From assembly GCA_964270895.1 (NCBI GenBank), contig OZ185436.1: a stretch of 64,000 bases of DNA; one strand, 5' to 3'. The notes below the pieces were generated by a model. That model was given only the letters and a program-made list of their open reading frames with translations. It searched no databases and was not told the DNA's origin. Shown in pieces: positions 1 to 11,990 of this stretch. A program made the position numbers and the translations under genes. The DNA comes from Podarcis filfolensis. Lineage: Eukaryota. Every line of letters begins with the position of its first letter. Positions within the stretch are counted from its first letter, which is position 1.

Positions 1-85
1 GAACTAATTCTGCAGCAGACTTTTGGGCTCAACATATTCTTGCATCAAGCTGCAGTCACCAAGGGGAATCACTGTGCATGGTGAA

Positions 86-255
86 GGGGTGCACAGCTCA
101 GTGGTAGAGCATCTGCTTTGCATGCAGAAGGGCTCAGGTTTAATCCCTGGCATCTCCAGGTAGGGCTGAGAAGGCCCTTTACATGAAACCACTGTCAGTC
201 AGTGTAAGGCAAAACTAAGCCAGATGAACCAAAAGTCAGACCTAGTGCAAGGTAT
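86..255 (+). mobile_element. tRNA-derived SINE
   Basis: AGCTCAGTGGTAGAGCATCTGCTTTGCATGCAGAAG head, GGTTTAATCCC B-box, body shared with the copies at 6466 and 63332. Confidence 0.75.
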
Positions 256-473
256 TTTGTTTGTTTAAAGGCTGTACATCAAAATGCTATCTTGGGACAA
301 ATGCAGATTTTAAAAGTTACTGTTTAAGTATGTGTGCTGATCATATAGGGCAGGTAGCCCATTTCACTTCAATATATCTGTACAAAGGCTTTTAGGAGAG
401 CAGTTTGCATAGTTTGCCCGACTCCAGTACTCTTATAAAACACTTGCTTAGTGAGAAAACAGAACGAATTTAC

Positions 474-663
474 CTGTTGCCTGACACTTGCTAGCATCTC
501 CTGCTGGTGACACACGAATTCGGTATGGAGAAAGGGGGATATCATCCCCACCGTATTTAATGCCAACTGAGTAGCGACCAGTCTTGTCAGGGAGGTAAGT
601 GACTGCATAAGTGCCATCTTGGTTGTCTTGGACGTCAACCCTCTTTGGTTTGCCTTCTTGGTC
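474..663 (-). CDS. FLNB: FLNB exon 28 (190 nt): [63 protein letters not shown]
   Basis: AG acceptor at 664-665, GT donor at 472-473; filamin Ig-repeat sequence. Confidence 0.96.
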
Positions 664-1880
664 CTGAATGCCAGAAGCGAAGCCACAATCAGCAAGAAAG
701 CCTCAATCACAAAGAAGACGCAGAGCGTAAGCTCTAAGAACAGCAGGTGTTCAGGTTTACATCTACCCTGAACTTGACAGTTTCTATAACATGCTGGTTT
801 TTTATTTTCAAGGGGACCTGGTATTTAAGCAATCAAAGGGCAGTTTGAGGTTGACATGGAAGTTCAAACGAATGTGATTTGCTGCTGCCTGTAAAAGCCA
901 ATCTCGTGACAAGAAAAAATCCTTAGGACAAGACTTGGCAGTAAATATCCACATTGCCTGGACCCTGCAAGAAATATCACAGGCTTTGGATGAGCAATGT
1001 GCAATTGGCTTGCTTCTGTGGGTAATGCAAACACTTTCCATGTTACACTGGAAGCAGTCATTTTTGTTAACCTGTTCCTTCTTGATTAAGAATGGTCTAG
1101 GTTTATACTGAAACAGGAGTCTAATGCAAGACTATTGCATATCATAATGCCACCAGACAGCTTTTAGATGTTGTATCTGTGCAATAGCTGCAAGTCAAAG
1201 GTCCTCTGGGTAAAATGCAAGCTCTACTCTTCCATTATTTTTTTATAACAAGTTTTCATAGCACTGCTTATTAGACAGGGGAATGGGGCACCATGCATTA
1301 TTCTGGCTAATACATAATTGTTTGCTTTAACAGCTTTAATGCGCTGTGGGGGTTAACTAGTATCCCTCGAAACCAAGGTTTGTCTTTGCAAATGCTCATG
1401 ACAAAGCTGCCTTGAAACAGAGCCCAGAACAGCTATGATTACCTCTGAAGTATGTACTGGCCCTTCCACAAAACCTTGTCTATGTTCATTCATGGTGAAA
1501 ACTGCAGACTGGCCTAGTTTATGGGGATCTGAAAAGGCTAGGAATAGTTCACATCAAAAAGCACTGTACTATGTCCAGGGCACCCTCTCTCTATTAGGAG
1601 CCACAAGCTTTGCCTAGAAATAGTCGGCACACAGTAGCCTTGCTAAATTTGGGTGATATATAAAGCGAGCGAAGTTTGCCCACTGATACTTTTAAAGGAA
1701 AGCTTTAAGGGCACTGCTGAATGGAGGTCTGCACTGTTGAACCCCCACTGATGCTCAGCAGTGCACCAGAAGGAAACATTCTAGTTCTCCTACTCAAAAT
1801 ACCAGAGGTCTTTGAGTTCAGTGTGTGAAGATTCAGCTCCTGCGTTAAATGGTCAACAGTAGGAAGAAATTGTATCTTAC

Positions 1881-2037
1881 GGTCACATGCACTGAGAGAA
1901 GTCCTTGGCCTGCATCTCTAGCATCAACAGCAAACTCAGTGGGCATGCTGGCAGGAACCCCATGGGAGCTTAGCCCTGGCCCACTCGCCGTCACTTTACT
2001 GGCATCGTATGTTGGAAGCACCTTAACTTTGAACGGG
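1881..2037 (-). CDS. FLNB: FLNB exon 27 (157 nt): [52 protein letters not shown]
   Basis: AG at 2038-2039, GT at 1879-1880; in ORF track 1845..2060. Confidence 0.96.
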
Positions 2038-2724
2038 CTGTTGAAAGAACAGAGCGACATATTTCAGCACTGAAGATCATGAATGTTTATGTAAGTAGAT
2101 GCCTCACCGGCATGAACGTTAAACAAAGGTACGAGATTACTGTTGAAGGCCAGACACTGGATTAGTCACTGAACCTTTTTGATGTAGGAGTTAGGGAACC
2201 ACTCATTACTATATGTACAAACCTACTAGATATTTGGGGAACAGAGTGGGACAGACACCCTTGTTTACACAGGCATTCCCTAGAGATCTTTTGACCCCTG
2301 TTTTTAATTGCTGTGTTATTTCGCTGTGCCTTTTAGCGACGGGCTCTTGCATTTTAATGCTTGTGTAACTCGTTTTGGTGCTTTGTAAATCTTCTCGGAA
2401 GCCTATTTTGGCATTCAAGCAATAATAGCAGCACATAAATAAACAAGCTGGTCCTTGGCAGAAGCAAACACTGGGCTAGTTACAGAATGTTTGCTAGATT
2501 CTACAGTTCAAGGAAATGCACAGCACTTTGTAGCCTCTTCCCCCTCTCTGACAACCACCAGGAGGAACCAAGTCCTCGCTGTAGAAGCATTTCTTTAAAG
2601 CCTCTTTACCAAAAGTGCAAAGACTAAGCTCATGAACAACAATGCAACCCACCTCAAATTTGGAGGCCAGCCAACAGCACTGCAGTTTGCACAATAAGCT
2701 TTGTTTCCTGCACCCCACTCTTAC

Positions 2725-2848
2725 CTGCGAGGAATCTCTTCATCTGCATATTTTACTGCAACTGTGTAGGGGCCTTCTTTCGTAGGTGTGTAGGCTACTG
2801 TATGGGTGCCATCACCGTTGTCAACTATATTTACAGGTTCTGCCAAGC
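2725..2848 (-). CDS. FLNB: FLNB exon 26 (124 nt): [40 protein letters not shown]
   Basis: AG at 2849-2850, GT at 2723-2724. Confidence 0.96.
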
Positions 2849-4074
2849 CTAAGGAGTAAAAAGACCACATTTCAATTCCTTTGGCCACCTTCTCATCAAA
2901 GGCCTCAATGACATACGAGCAATTTTTGCCGCTTTGAGCACCGACACACACACACAATGCTGATTTAAAGCTTTGCAAGAAATCTGCAGAGACATCTGCT
3001 TTGTGGTCTGTTCAGATAAGCCAATTTATTCCTATCATTCCCAGTCTGTGACCTCATCAATTAGAGAGAGGTGAAATCACTAGCAGTTCCTTGGCTGGCT
3101 CAACTCCAATGGCTGTAAGCTAAGAAACCCCCATCAAATAGGGGTTGGAGTGATTTATTGTTCCAAAATTATACAGCTGGTTAGGTCAGTTATCGGGCAC
3201 ATTTAAATATAAGCTTCCAGAAAAAGGAAGACTTTTTTTTATTTAAACACTACTACTGATTAGGCTCAACATCCGATTCAGTACTGCGTGTTAGTCTGGA
3301 ATAGTTAGTAACTTTCGTTATAACCCAGGCATGGAGGATAAATTTATTTGGTCTGCATCGATGAGCAAACCAAATCAATTTGCACCTCCCAGATTAATAC
3401 AAAGATCAGAACAGCTCTCCAAATTTTGCAATACACTTCTCAAAAACAGCAAAATGTGTAAAAAAATTAAACTGCATATTTTAGCATTTAAAAGGTTGAG
3501 AAACTGATAAAATATGCATTTTAAAGTATTTATTGTGACAATATGTATTTGAATACAAATGCTCATGCTTTTTTATATAAAAAATGCAGATTAATGTAGA
3601 AATGGGATCAAACTGACATATAAATAAACATATGAAAACTGGAGCAGAATGGGGGAAAAATACCCTGCCTTCTTTAGGTTCTACCCCTCAGTGTGACATT
3701 GAGAAGTTGAGCGCAGTCAACAAAATTTGGTGCTGCCAAACAAGTGTTATGATCGGCTAGTTCAAGGTAAGAAGAGCTCCAAGGACCTATTCCCAGAAAA
3801 TCAAGATATGTGGATTTGCACATGCAGCTATTTCACAAGATTAGTTGCAAACGTGATTAGAACTGCCTGCAGTTACAATTTAGATCAAGGACCAAAGTAA
3901 GTGTGCATATAAATCAAACAAGGAATTGTTTAGTAAAAAGGATAACTCAGTGGAGAATTAATAGTACAGCGGCAGTTAAGCACAGAAGTTCAATTAAGCT
4001 CATTCACAGCAGCGCTTTATACAGTTTAGAGGATTTGCTGGAGGCACAGGTAATTAGTTAGTAAAAGTTCAAAC

Positions 4075-4167
4075 CTGTCTCATTAGATTCACCCTGTGGG
4101 TCACCTTTAAAGAACTCTGAAATTGCTTTCAGCGGACTGCGCCATGACTGGGTATCCGGCTCATCAG
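4075..4167 (-). CDS. FLNB: FLNB 93-nt alternative cassette exon between exons 25 and 26: ADEPDTQSWRSPLKAISEFFKGDPQGESNET
   Basis: Acceptor ttttaattctAG at 4168-4169, donor GTTTGA at 4073-4074. Phase 1-1 and no stop codon. Resembles the 31-aa insert of the long human FLNB isoform (ADDTDSQSWRSPLKALSEFFKGDPKGDFNKT, from recall). Confidence 0.9.
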
Positions 4168-5432
4168 CTAGAATTAAAAAGCTATTAACTTAGTAATACA
4201 AAATCAGAGCTCTGTCAGTTGTCCCTTGAGACATGTTTGCCTTAAAACCAATTATACAAAAGGTGGTTTATTCATGCAACGGCTACGTTAGACCAAGTGC
4301 AACCCATTCAGCATAGGTTCACGGTGTGCAGTGTACATGCAATTTAATTCCAAATGCCATTGCCTCCCCTGGGCCTTGGGCTGAGTTGCTTTCACAACTT
4401 CAGCGAAGAAAGACTTCTTAAGATGAAGCTGAATTAGATCTGCCAACAGCTGAAACGTACTTGCTCCAAGAAGTATTTTACATACTCAAGAATTCTTGCA
4501 TAAGTCTGCAGTACTCAGAACACATTAAATAAAAGCCTGTTAGGTCTTCAGTAACTGGAAGAATGAGGTAAGAGAGGGGACCCAACTACAATTTGTGGAG
4601 GGGGGGGAGGGTTTCATTCATCTGAGGTTCAATGCATTCGCATTCTGTATCTGACAATGTCAGATAGTTGACACACAAGAGTGCTTAGCATCTAGTAACA
4701 TCAGAATTGCTTTGGGCTTCTTCCACTAGCCCTCGTCCCACCAGGCTGTTCCTTCTTCCAACCCTTGTTTCCTAGCCACCCCCTCACAGCGCTTTCCTCA
4801 GGCCTTCACCTCTGTCCCCTTTCCTCCCTCAATCTTTCTGCATGCTCTTATCAAGGATCAGAGCACTTCACAGAGAAGGCAGCCAGACACTTGCGTCTCA
4901 CAGGAGTGGATAGGACCAAGGGCAGCTCAATGAACTTGTTGCCAAAGATTTAACCACCTTAACATTTTCTAGTGCATTCACAAATACAAAGTAAGCGGTG
5001 GTGTATCTTTAACAGGTTGTAAGCGGCCCTTCAAGGTAGCCAAGAAGTGTTTCAAAACGCAGATCACCCCATTCAGCTGTCAGATGATCCTAGGCCATTT
5101 CTCACCACCCTAAGAGTATACAGTACTATTTTTACCTGAGCTACCTTGATTTTTTTAAAAAAAACAAAACCTCCAACATTCATATATTTGCATCAGCATG
5201 TACCATTTGTTTTTATTATTTAAATTTATATTCTCACAGCGGCTCACAACAGAACAAAAATGCAAATCAATACATCATGAAAACAATCAAATATTAATAC
5301 TCCTGTCTGCCGCTTTCTATGCAAGATTTGATTACAATGACTTGTTAGCGGGATTGTTGGTTGAAAAGCATATTGTCCTAGTGCAAGAAGTTTGTTCAGT
5401 GACCAGATATGCTCCACTCCAAGTTTCATGTA

Positions 5433-5677
5433 CAGTCGTACCTTGGTTGTCGAACACCCTGGAACTCGTACGTTTTGGCTCCTGAACACCGCAAACCCAG
5501 AAGTGATTGTTCTGGTTTGCGAACGTTCTTTTGGAACCCGAACATCTGATGGGGCTTCCACGGCTTCTGATTGGCTGCAGGAGCTTCCTGCAGCCAATCA
5601 GAAGCTTCAATTTGGTTTTCGAATGTTTTAGAAGTCGAACAGACTTCTGGAACTGATTCCGTTCAGCTTCCAAACTG
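5433..5677. mobile_element. Tc1/mariner MITE with an internal palindrome
   Basis: TA-CAGTCGTACCTTGG start, partly deleted right TIR ending ACTG-TA, repeated CGAAC motifs. Confidence 0.75.
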
Positions 5678-5992
5678 TACTCAAACTGCTGTCCTCCCAT
5701 GTCTGTTTAAACACTAGACTTGCCTTGAAGACTCCCAACTGAGTTATAAAGGAGCACCTTGATTACTGAAGCTCCCAACTTTCTGAAGCACTACAGAGTA
5801 ATAGCTATATCAGCAGGACCCAAAACTTTGCGCTTCAGAACTGTACACGACGCTACTTTTTCTTAGTACTTCCAACTCAACAACTCCTACCAGTTACCAT
5901 TCAAGTGCTTCCAAGTGATGACTTCTGCTAATCATACAACTGTAAAACCTCATTTAAAAGCAATATCAAGCGATTGCAGTGGAACACGTTAC

Positions 5993-6160
5993 CTCTGGGT
6001 GCCGTTACTGTAACCTCAAGTGGTGCTACCCCAGCTTTACTGGTATCTACAGTAAACGACTGGGGAATTCCGGCACGGACTGCTGTTCCCAGGCCTGGTC
6101 CAGAGACTTTCACCTTGTAGGGGTCAACGACATCTTTTACAGGAACCTTAAATGGACTGC
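5993..6160 (-). CDS. FLNB: FLNB exon 25 (168 nt): [55 protein letters not shown]
   Basis: AG at 6161-6162, GT at 5991-5992. Confidence 0.96.
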
Positions 6161-6465
6161 CTGCCAACGAAGCAAGTGCTAGCTCAGTACAAAGGGGAAT
6201 GTAGCAACTTGTGTAAAGGTGTGTCAACAGCCACCCCTAAGCAGCCCAGCTCCTCTCACACTGCTCCCTTAGTCTCCCACTGATGACCAGCCTGATAAAA
6301 GTGGGCAACTTAAATCAGATTTATACTGGCTGGACAAGGATTAAATTTTAATTGAAATGGGACTGTATGCAAGGTGAACTTGATGCTCTAATGAGGTGAG
6401 AAAAATAAGTTTTGGGGCACTGAAAGTTGGTTCTAGCACCCACCACAAAATCTTTAGATACATTT

Positions 6466-6640
6466 GGGGTAGAGCTGTGGCTCAGTGGCAGAGCATCAGT
6501 TTCGCATGAAAGAAATCCCAGATTCTCAATCTCCGGACAATCCAGGTAGGGCTGGGAGATAACCCCAAACTCAAAACCTGTCTACAGTTAGTGTAGACAA
6601 CACTGAGCTAGGTGGACTCTGTTTAAGACAAATTTTTATG
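6466..6640 (+). mobile_element. tRNA-derived SINE (same family as 86..255), degenerate
   Basis: GCTCAGTGGCAGAGCAT head; CCAGGTAGGGCTGGGAGA and GTGTAGACAACACTGAGCTAG body. Confidence 0.7.
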
Positions 6641-6922
6641 TAGCGGTCAAAGAGAAGCAGCAGTAGAATATACTACTATTGTGTTATAGGTCAATAAGGA
6701 TATTTGCTTTATATTCCCAAAAATCTAAAGGCTATGCTATGAGACCCTGGTTCCCACTGGGAATGTTCTTACAAAAGCATGATGTGTTGACTTTTTCAAA
6801 TGCAACGCACATTAATTATTATACATTACAACATCCTTAAAAAAAAAAATGTGTTCGCCAATATGAAAGTGAGTTCACAGGCTTTTACTTTGAATCCAAC
6901 CTCAGGATGCAAGCCATCTTAC

Positions 6923-7083
6923 CAGGGATGTGTTCGCCCCCATAAGTTATGTTGACATCATAATCTCCTGGAACGTAAGGAATATATTCTGCACTGCAGC
7001 TGCCATCCTTGTTATCTTTACAACTTATTTTGGATTCTGAGGGTCCTTCAACAGTTATTCCAAGGCCGCCAATTCCAGCCCCT
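6923..7083 (-). CDS. FLNB: FLNB exon 24 (161 nt): [53 protein letters not shown]
   Basis: AG at 7084-7085, GT at 6921-6922; hand translation. Confidence 0.96.
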
Positions 7084-7667
7084 CTGCAAGCATTTAAGAA
7101 AAGGGGGGGGGACAGTTAACATGTTTCTATTACAGCATTTTAAACTCAAGAGCCCACTTTGCTTTGCATGACTGCAACTAATTGTTCTCTGCTGCATTCT
7201 CTCAGAATGACAGTAGCCTACTAGACAGTTGAGAAGAGTAAGAACCTGTAGTGCAGGTAGGTCTACATGTTGATTGATTAATGGTTTCTTCAGTTTAAAG
7301 TCCAATTTAGCCTGGGGACTTCTGAAGTCATTGGTGGGGACATTACTTGGCAGGCGTGTGAATCACACAAAGACAGTCTGGGGAAAGTCATCAAGAATCA
7401 AAGCAGTGAGTTGAAGGTGTGTGGGCGGGTTTGTAAGGAAGATGACAATGTTTAAGCCTGTGGTAATGTCAAGATCTCTAAGTTGCTTCTTGCTATTTGT
7501 ACCTAGCCCATGGCACGTCCCTGTCAATCAGCTACTTTGGGAGGAGAGGCAAGGACACCTGCAATTCTACTTCATGCATCTACTGTCAGACCTTCCAACT
7601 TTATTTTACAAATACACAGCTTACTCTGCCTGCATTAATGTATCAGAATACAGTCCATCATACTTAC

Positions 7668-7830
7668 CGAGTGACAACAGTGAATGGGTTTGGTTTATTT
7701 GTGAAGGCTTCTTGTAGCCCAGCTCCTTCGGCCACCACCCGAGAAGGATGGCATCCTTCTTTAACATCAACCCTGAAAGGGCTGTTTAGTACAGGAACAT
7801 CATCATAGGTTACTTCAACAGTGTGAGGAC
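7668..7830 (-). CDS. FLNB: FLNB exon 23 (163 nt): [53 protein letters not shown]
   Basis: AG at 7831-7832, GT at 7666-7667; hand translation. Confidence 0.96.
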
Positions 7831-7955
7831 CTGCAAGCAGAAGATGAACGTTTACTGGAGAAGTCTCTGAAGCACTGCAAAAGTTACATCACAGGTGTCT
7901 GACCATTAGTCTCCACCTTGTTTGAATTATTTTCAGAATGCAAGAGAGTTTAGAA

Positions 7956-8090
7956 CGGCATCCTCCAACTCGGCCCTCCAGATGTTTTGGGACTACAGTT
8001 CCCATCATCCCTGACCACTGGTTGTGTTACCTAGGGATGATGGGAGTTGTAGTCCCAAAACAGCTGGAGGGCCGAGTTTGGGGGTGCCTG
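7956..8090. mobile_element. hAT-like palindromic MITE (same family as 12602)
   Basis: Inverted arms with GGGACTACAGTTCCCATCATCCC / GGGATGATGGGAGTTGTAGTCCC; imperfect TSD gtttagaa/ctctagaa. Confidence 0.85.
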
Positions 8091-8613
8091 CTCTAGAACA
8101 TGTAGTGCCTTCCCCATGTTGTTCAACTACAACTCCCATGAGCACCAGCCAGCAGGACAGTAGCTAGGGGTTGGTGAGGTGGGCCTCCGCCAGGAAAGCA
8201 AGCGATGGGTGTGTGTGTGAAAAATTGGCAAAAAATATGTCCATAAATATAAATATTGATTATTGCCTCATAAGAAATTGTTTCAAATTTATGGTGAATT
8301 GAACGGGTGGAAGGTGGAGGGTTGCAGGAGAGGTGGAAAGAAGAACTAATTTGCCGGTGGCTAGCGGGCACAATCTGGGTGGTTCTGCCAGGGGCGCAAG
8401 ATCACCCAGCTATGGCTCTGCCAGCCAGCATTGCCTATGGTCAAGGAAGATGGGAGTTTTAGTCTAGCAGCATCTGGAGGCCATCAAGTTGGCTACCCTT
8501 GTCCTGGAGCAAGCCTGCCCTTCGACGTGTGTTAAAATATAGAAAGGTGCCGTTTAGTACGATCTATTTCCTCCCTTATTCTCCCAAAGTCAGTAGCAAC
8601 TAGCAGACTTTAC

Positions 8614-8787
8614 CTCTTTCATAGGGTGTGAACTCTACTGCATATGTCCCATCGGCATTGTCTTTGATGAGGCAGTCTGTGGAAGCTCCAGAGGGATTTG
8701 CAATCTGAGCTTTGATATGGTCTCCGCCAGTCTTGGTCAAGGGTCTAGCATCTACGGTGAAATCGGTGGTCGCTTCACGGAAAACAT
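8614..8787 (-). CDS. FLNB: FLNB exon 22 (174 nt): [58 protein letters not shown]
   Basis: AG at 8788-8789, GT at 8612-8613. Confidence 0.96.
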
Positions 8788-9156
8788 CTATGAAATAAAG
8801 TTGGGAAACAGCTTTGTTTTGGGCAGAACCATATCCAAGAATTCCATGCTTCTGCATGGAAATAGGTTCAGCCACTCTGAGACAACAATGGTACTCAAGA
8901 GACCCAAATGGGTATCATGCAAGAATGATCCCAACCAAGCAGTTTCCCGCAAACCTGCTCACCTAAGCCATATTTTGCCAGGGTGCTTTCCTACAGTCTC
9001 ATGAGTCACCATCAACCCACAGAAATAAGGAAGTGAGCCATGTGATTTGGTAGTGGGAAGGGTGCTTTCCTGGAAAGCACTGTGAACTGCCAGGGGCACA
9101 TCTAAGCATGTACTGGGATATGCAGGTTAAGAGTCACACGAGTGACAACAAAAGTA

Positions 9157-9365
9157 CAGTGGTACCTCTGGTTACGAACTTCATTCGTTCCGGAGGTCCG
9201 TTCTTAACCTGAGGTACCACTTTAGCTAATGGGGACTCCTGCTGCCACCGTGCCGCCAGCGCACAATTTCCGTTCTCATCCTGGGGCAAAGTTATTAACC
9301 CGAGGTACTACTTCCAGGTTAGCAGAGTCTGTAACCCGATATGTTTATAACCCGAGGTACCACTG
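9157..9365. mobile_element. Tc1/mariner (Tigger-like) MITE
   Basis: TIRs CAGTGGTACCTC / GAGGTACCACTG with TA on both sides. Confidence 0.9.
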
Positions 9366-9451
9366 TATAGTGTGTGCACGCACACAAAAGCTTATACCAA
9401 GAACAAACTTCGTTGGTCCCTAAGGTGCCACTGGACAATTTTTTTATACAG

Positions 9452-9995
9452 CTCAAGGGAAGTAGTAGTACCACTCTAGTCTGCCTTAGACAGATGACAC
9501 TTGGAATTTTGTGTGCAATTCTGGGCGCCACAATTTAAGAAGGATGTTGACAAGCTGGAACATGTGCAGAGGAGGGTAACCAAGATGATCAAGGGTATGG
9601 AAAGTAATACTTAAGAGGAACGCTTGAAGGAGCTGAGTATGTTTAGCCTGGAAAAGAGGAGACAGAGGAGATATGATTGCCATCTTCAAATATCTTAAGG
9701 GCCGTCACATGGAGGAGGGAGCATGCTTGTTTTCTCCTGCTCTGGAGGGTAGGACTCAAACCAATGACTTCAAGTTGCAAAAAAGGAGATTCCAACTAAA
9801 CATTCAGAAAAACTTTCTTACAGTAAGAGCTGTTTGGCAGTGGAACAGCCTCCCATGAGAGGTGGTGGACTCTCTTTCCTTGGAGGTTTTTAAACAGAGG
9901 TTGGATGGCCAACTGTCATGGATGCTCTAGCTGAGATTCCTGCATTGCAGGGGGTTGGACTAGATGACTCTTGGGTACCTTCCAACTAGATTCTA
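9452..9995 (+). mobile_element. CR1 LINE 3' fragment (RT C-terminus plus 3' UTR), degenerate
   Basis: Typical CR1 translation (MIAIFKYLKG...RT..N..KLQ..RF.LNI.KNFLTVRAV.QWNSLP) and 3' end GGGTTGGACTAGATGA. Confidence 0.9.
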
Positions 9996-10035
9996 CAAGT
10001 GCTACAAACCTAAAGAGAAACTAAGGAAGGCATAC

Positions 10036-10633
10036 CTTTCCCTTCAATTCCTGGCCCAAACACTTTGACTTGACTTGTGTCCACAGCCGGATCAACTTTG
10101 ACCCGTGCAGGGAAGCTTGGCACTGGTTCTCCGCCATATTTCATCTTGAGTGTGTACATCCCGGCAGAAAGGGGGACGTATGTAACTGCGTAGGTTCCAT
10201 CCTTGTTATCCTGAACCTCGACATCTGCCTTGGAGCCAGAATCAGACACAGCTTCCATATCCAGAGTCCCAGGCCCAGCTTCTGAGCAGTCTACGTGTAG
10301 CAAGCCCGCTTCCCCCACTTTGCCACGTTCAAGCCCAGGGCCTGTGGCGACTACTTTAGAAGCGTCAAACGGCATTTCAACGTCTGCTCTGAAAGGTGAG
10401 CCAGGAATATGGACGTCTTCAAAGAGGATGTTCACAAGGTATTCGCCAGGTTTCGTAGGCAAGTAGGAGACTGAGCAAGTGCCGTCCCCATTATCAGAAC
10501 ATTCTATCTTGGCTTCGCACGGGCCTTCGACTGTCAACCCCAGACCACCAGTTCCAGCTCCTTTGGTGTCTATTGTGAATTCAGCAGGCTTTCCAACAAG
10601 GCCTCCTTGAAGACCTGGACCATAGGCTCTCAC
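10036..10633 (-). CDS. FLNB: FLNB exon 21 (598 nt): [32 protein letters not shown]...[11 protein letters not shown]
   Basis: AG at 10634-10635, GT at 10034-10035; ORF track 10010..10633. Confidence 0.97.
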
Positions 10634-11727
10634 CTGGGAAGGACAGGAAAGTGCTGAATTAAGTATTTAGCCAGGAAGAGATCGGAGCCAGTTCTAGAGT
10701 TCTCTTATGTTAGTGGTCTGAAGTCACTAAATAGATGTATAAGAACCAAATAGTATTTCTACTGTTCAAAGGTACTGTTATAACCACTATCACAAGTTAT
10801 CGTTATCACAAGTCAGCAAGATTTCAAGCTCAACATTTTTTTCTTCAATTTTGAAAACGTAGCGACATTGCACAACAGTTGGCCTAATTAGCATATTGCC
10901 GCCAACTTGATTCTCATTAATCTAATCTGTTTTGAAAGCAAGAGAGTTGACCCAATCAGCACAAAGGAAAACAAGAGCTAAAACGGTCCCATGTGATTTA
11001 TCATTAACTTCTTCAGAAATTGCCAACATTTCTTCAACAGGAACTACGAAAGAAATAGGCCTTTTAATCCTGCCAGCTATTACAAGGCTCAACATGCATT
11101 AAAATAACGTAGAAGCTTAGATCGTTACCAAAACACCTGACATTAATGCGTAATCACAGATGATCCAAAATAATTCTGAGTAAATTGTAATGTCTTATAT
11201 CAACTCATTGCACAATCTAACAATTTTACCAATTTGTAATATATGAGAACGCCAAGAAACAATTAAGATCCATGGCTATTACCGTACATCTTTTGGAACA
11301 TTTCTGAGTCCATAATGAATTTGAGGGAAATTGAATGGTGGGGGATAAATATCAATAGACTATTTGAAGGGGTAATGAATGGGGATAGCATAAGGGCAAT
11401 TTGATTTGAAGGAGGATCTGCTGGGAAACTGGGTCAAATTAACTAAGAGGAAGTGCTCTGGGGTAATCTGAGAGGGTGTAAATTAAGTAATTTGGGTGGT
11501 TAATAAGTCTAAGTTTCTGTGAAATTTGAATTCAAATTCATGTAAGGTTAGCAAATGCACTTCTATGTCTATGGGCCCATGCCCCAAATTTGCGTCTAAG
11601 GGCTTCTGCTAAAAGATAATATTTGTCACACTTTCCAACAGTGTAATGCACATACATCACAACTTGCCAAGCAATGGAAGCATCCAAATCTCACCCATCC
11701 ATGTAGCAAGGGTTAGAAACAGCCTAC

Positions 11728-11990
11728 CTTGGAAGGATCTGGTGGCAGAGTGGCTTCCACAGCGTAAGGGCTTCCTGGGACTGGATTCCCATCATAATTT
11801 ACATCAACTAGATAAAGGCCCTCCTCCCGTGGGATATACTTTGCAGTGCTGCACTCTTTGCCTACTACAGGCTCCACAAGACATGGCACGGCTTGCTTGC
11901 TGGGGCTGAAGATGTTCACATCGAGTTTGCCCTGTCCACCAGCGCCTTTCGAATCAATTAGAAATTCCTGATCTTTCCCTACTTCAACTC
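11728..11990 (-). CDS. FLNB: FLNB exon 20 (263 nt): VEVGKDQEFLIDSKGAGGQGKLDV...ATLPPDPSK
   Basis: AG at 11991-11992, GT at 11726-11727. Confidence 0.96.

Noticed and set aside
10860-11560. AT-rich stretch in intron 20 that might be a decayed L1/Tx1 ORF2 remnant
   Set aside because: Only vague peptide resemblance on the minus strand, with many stops; I cannot support it without a profile search.
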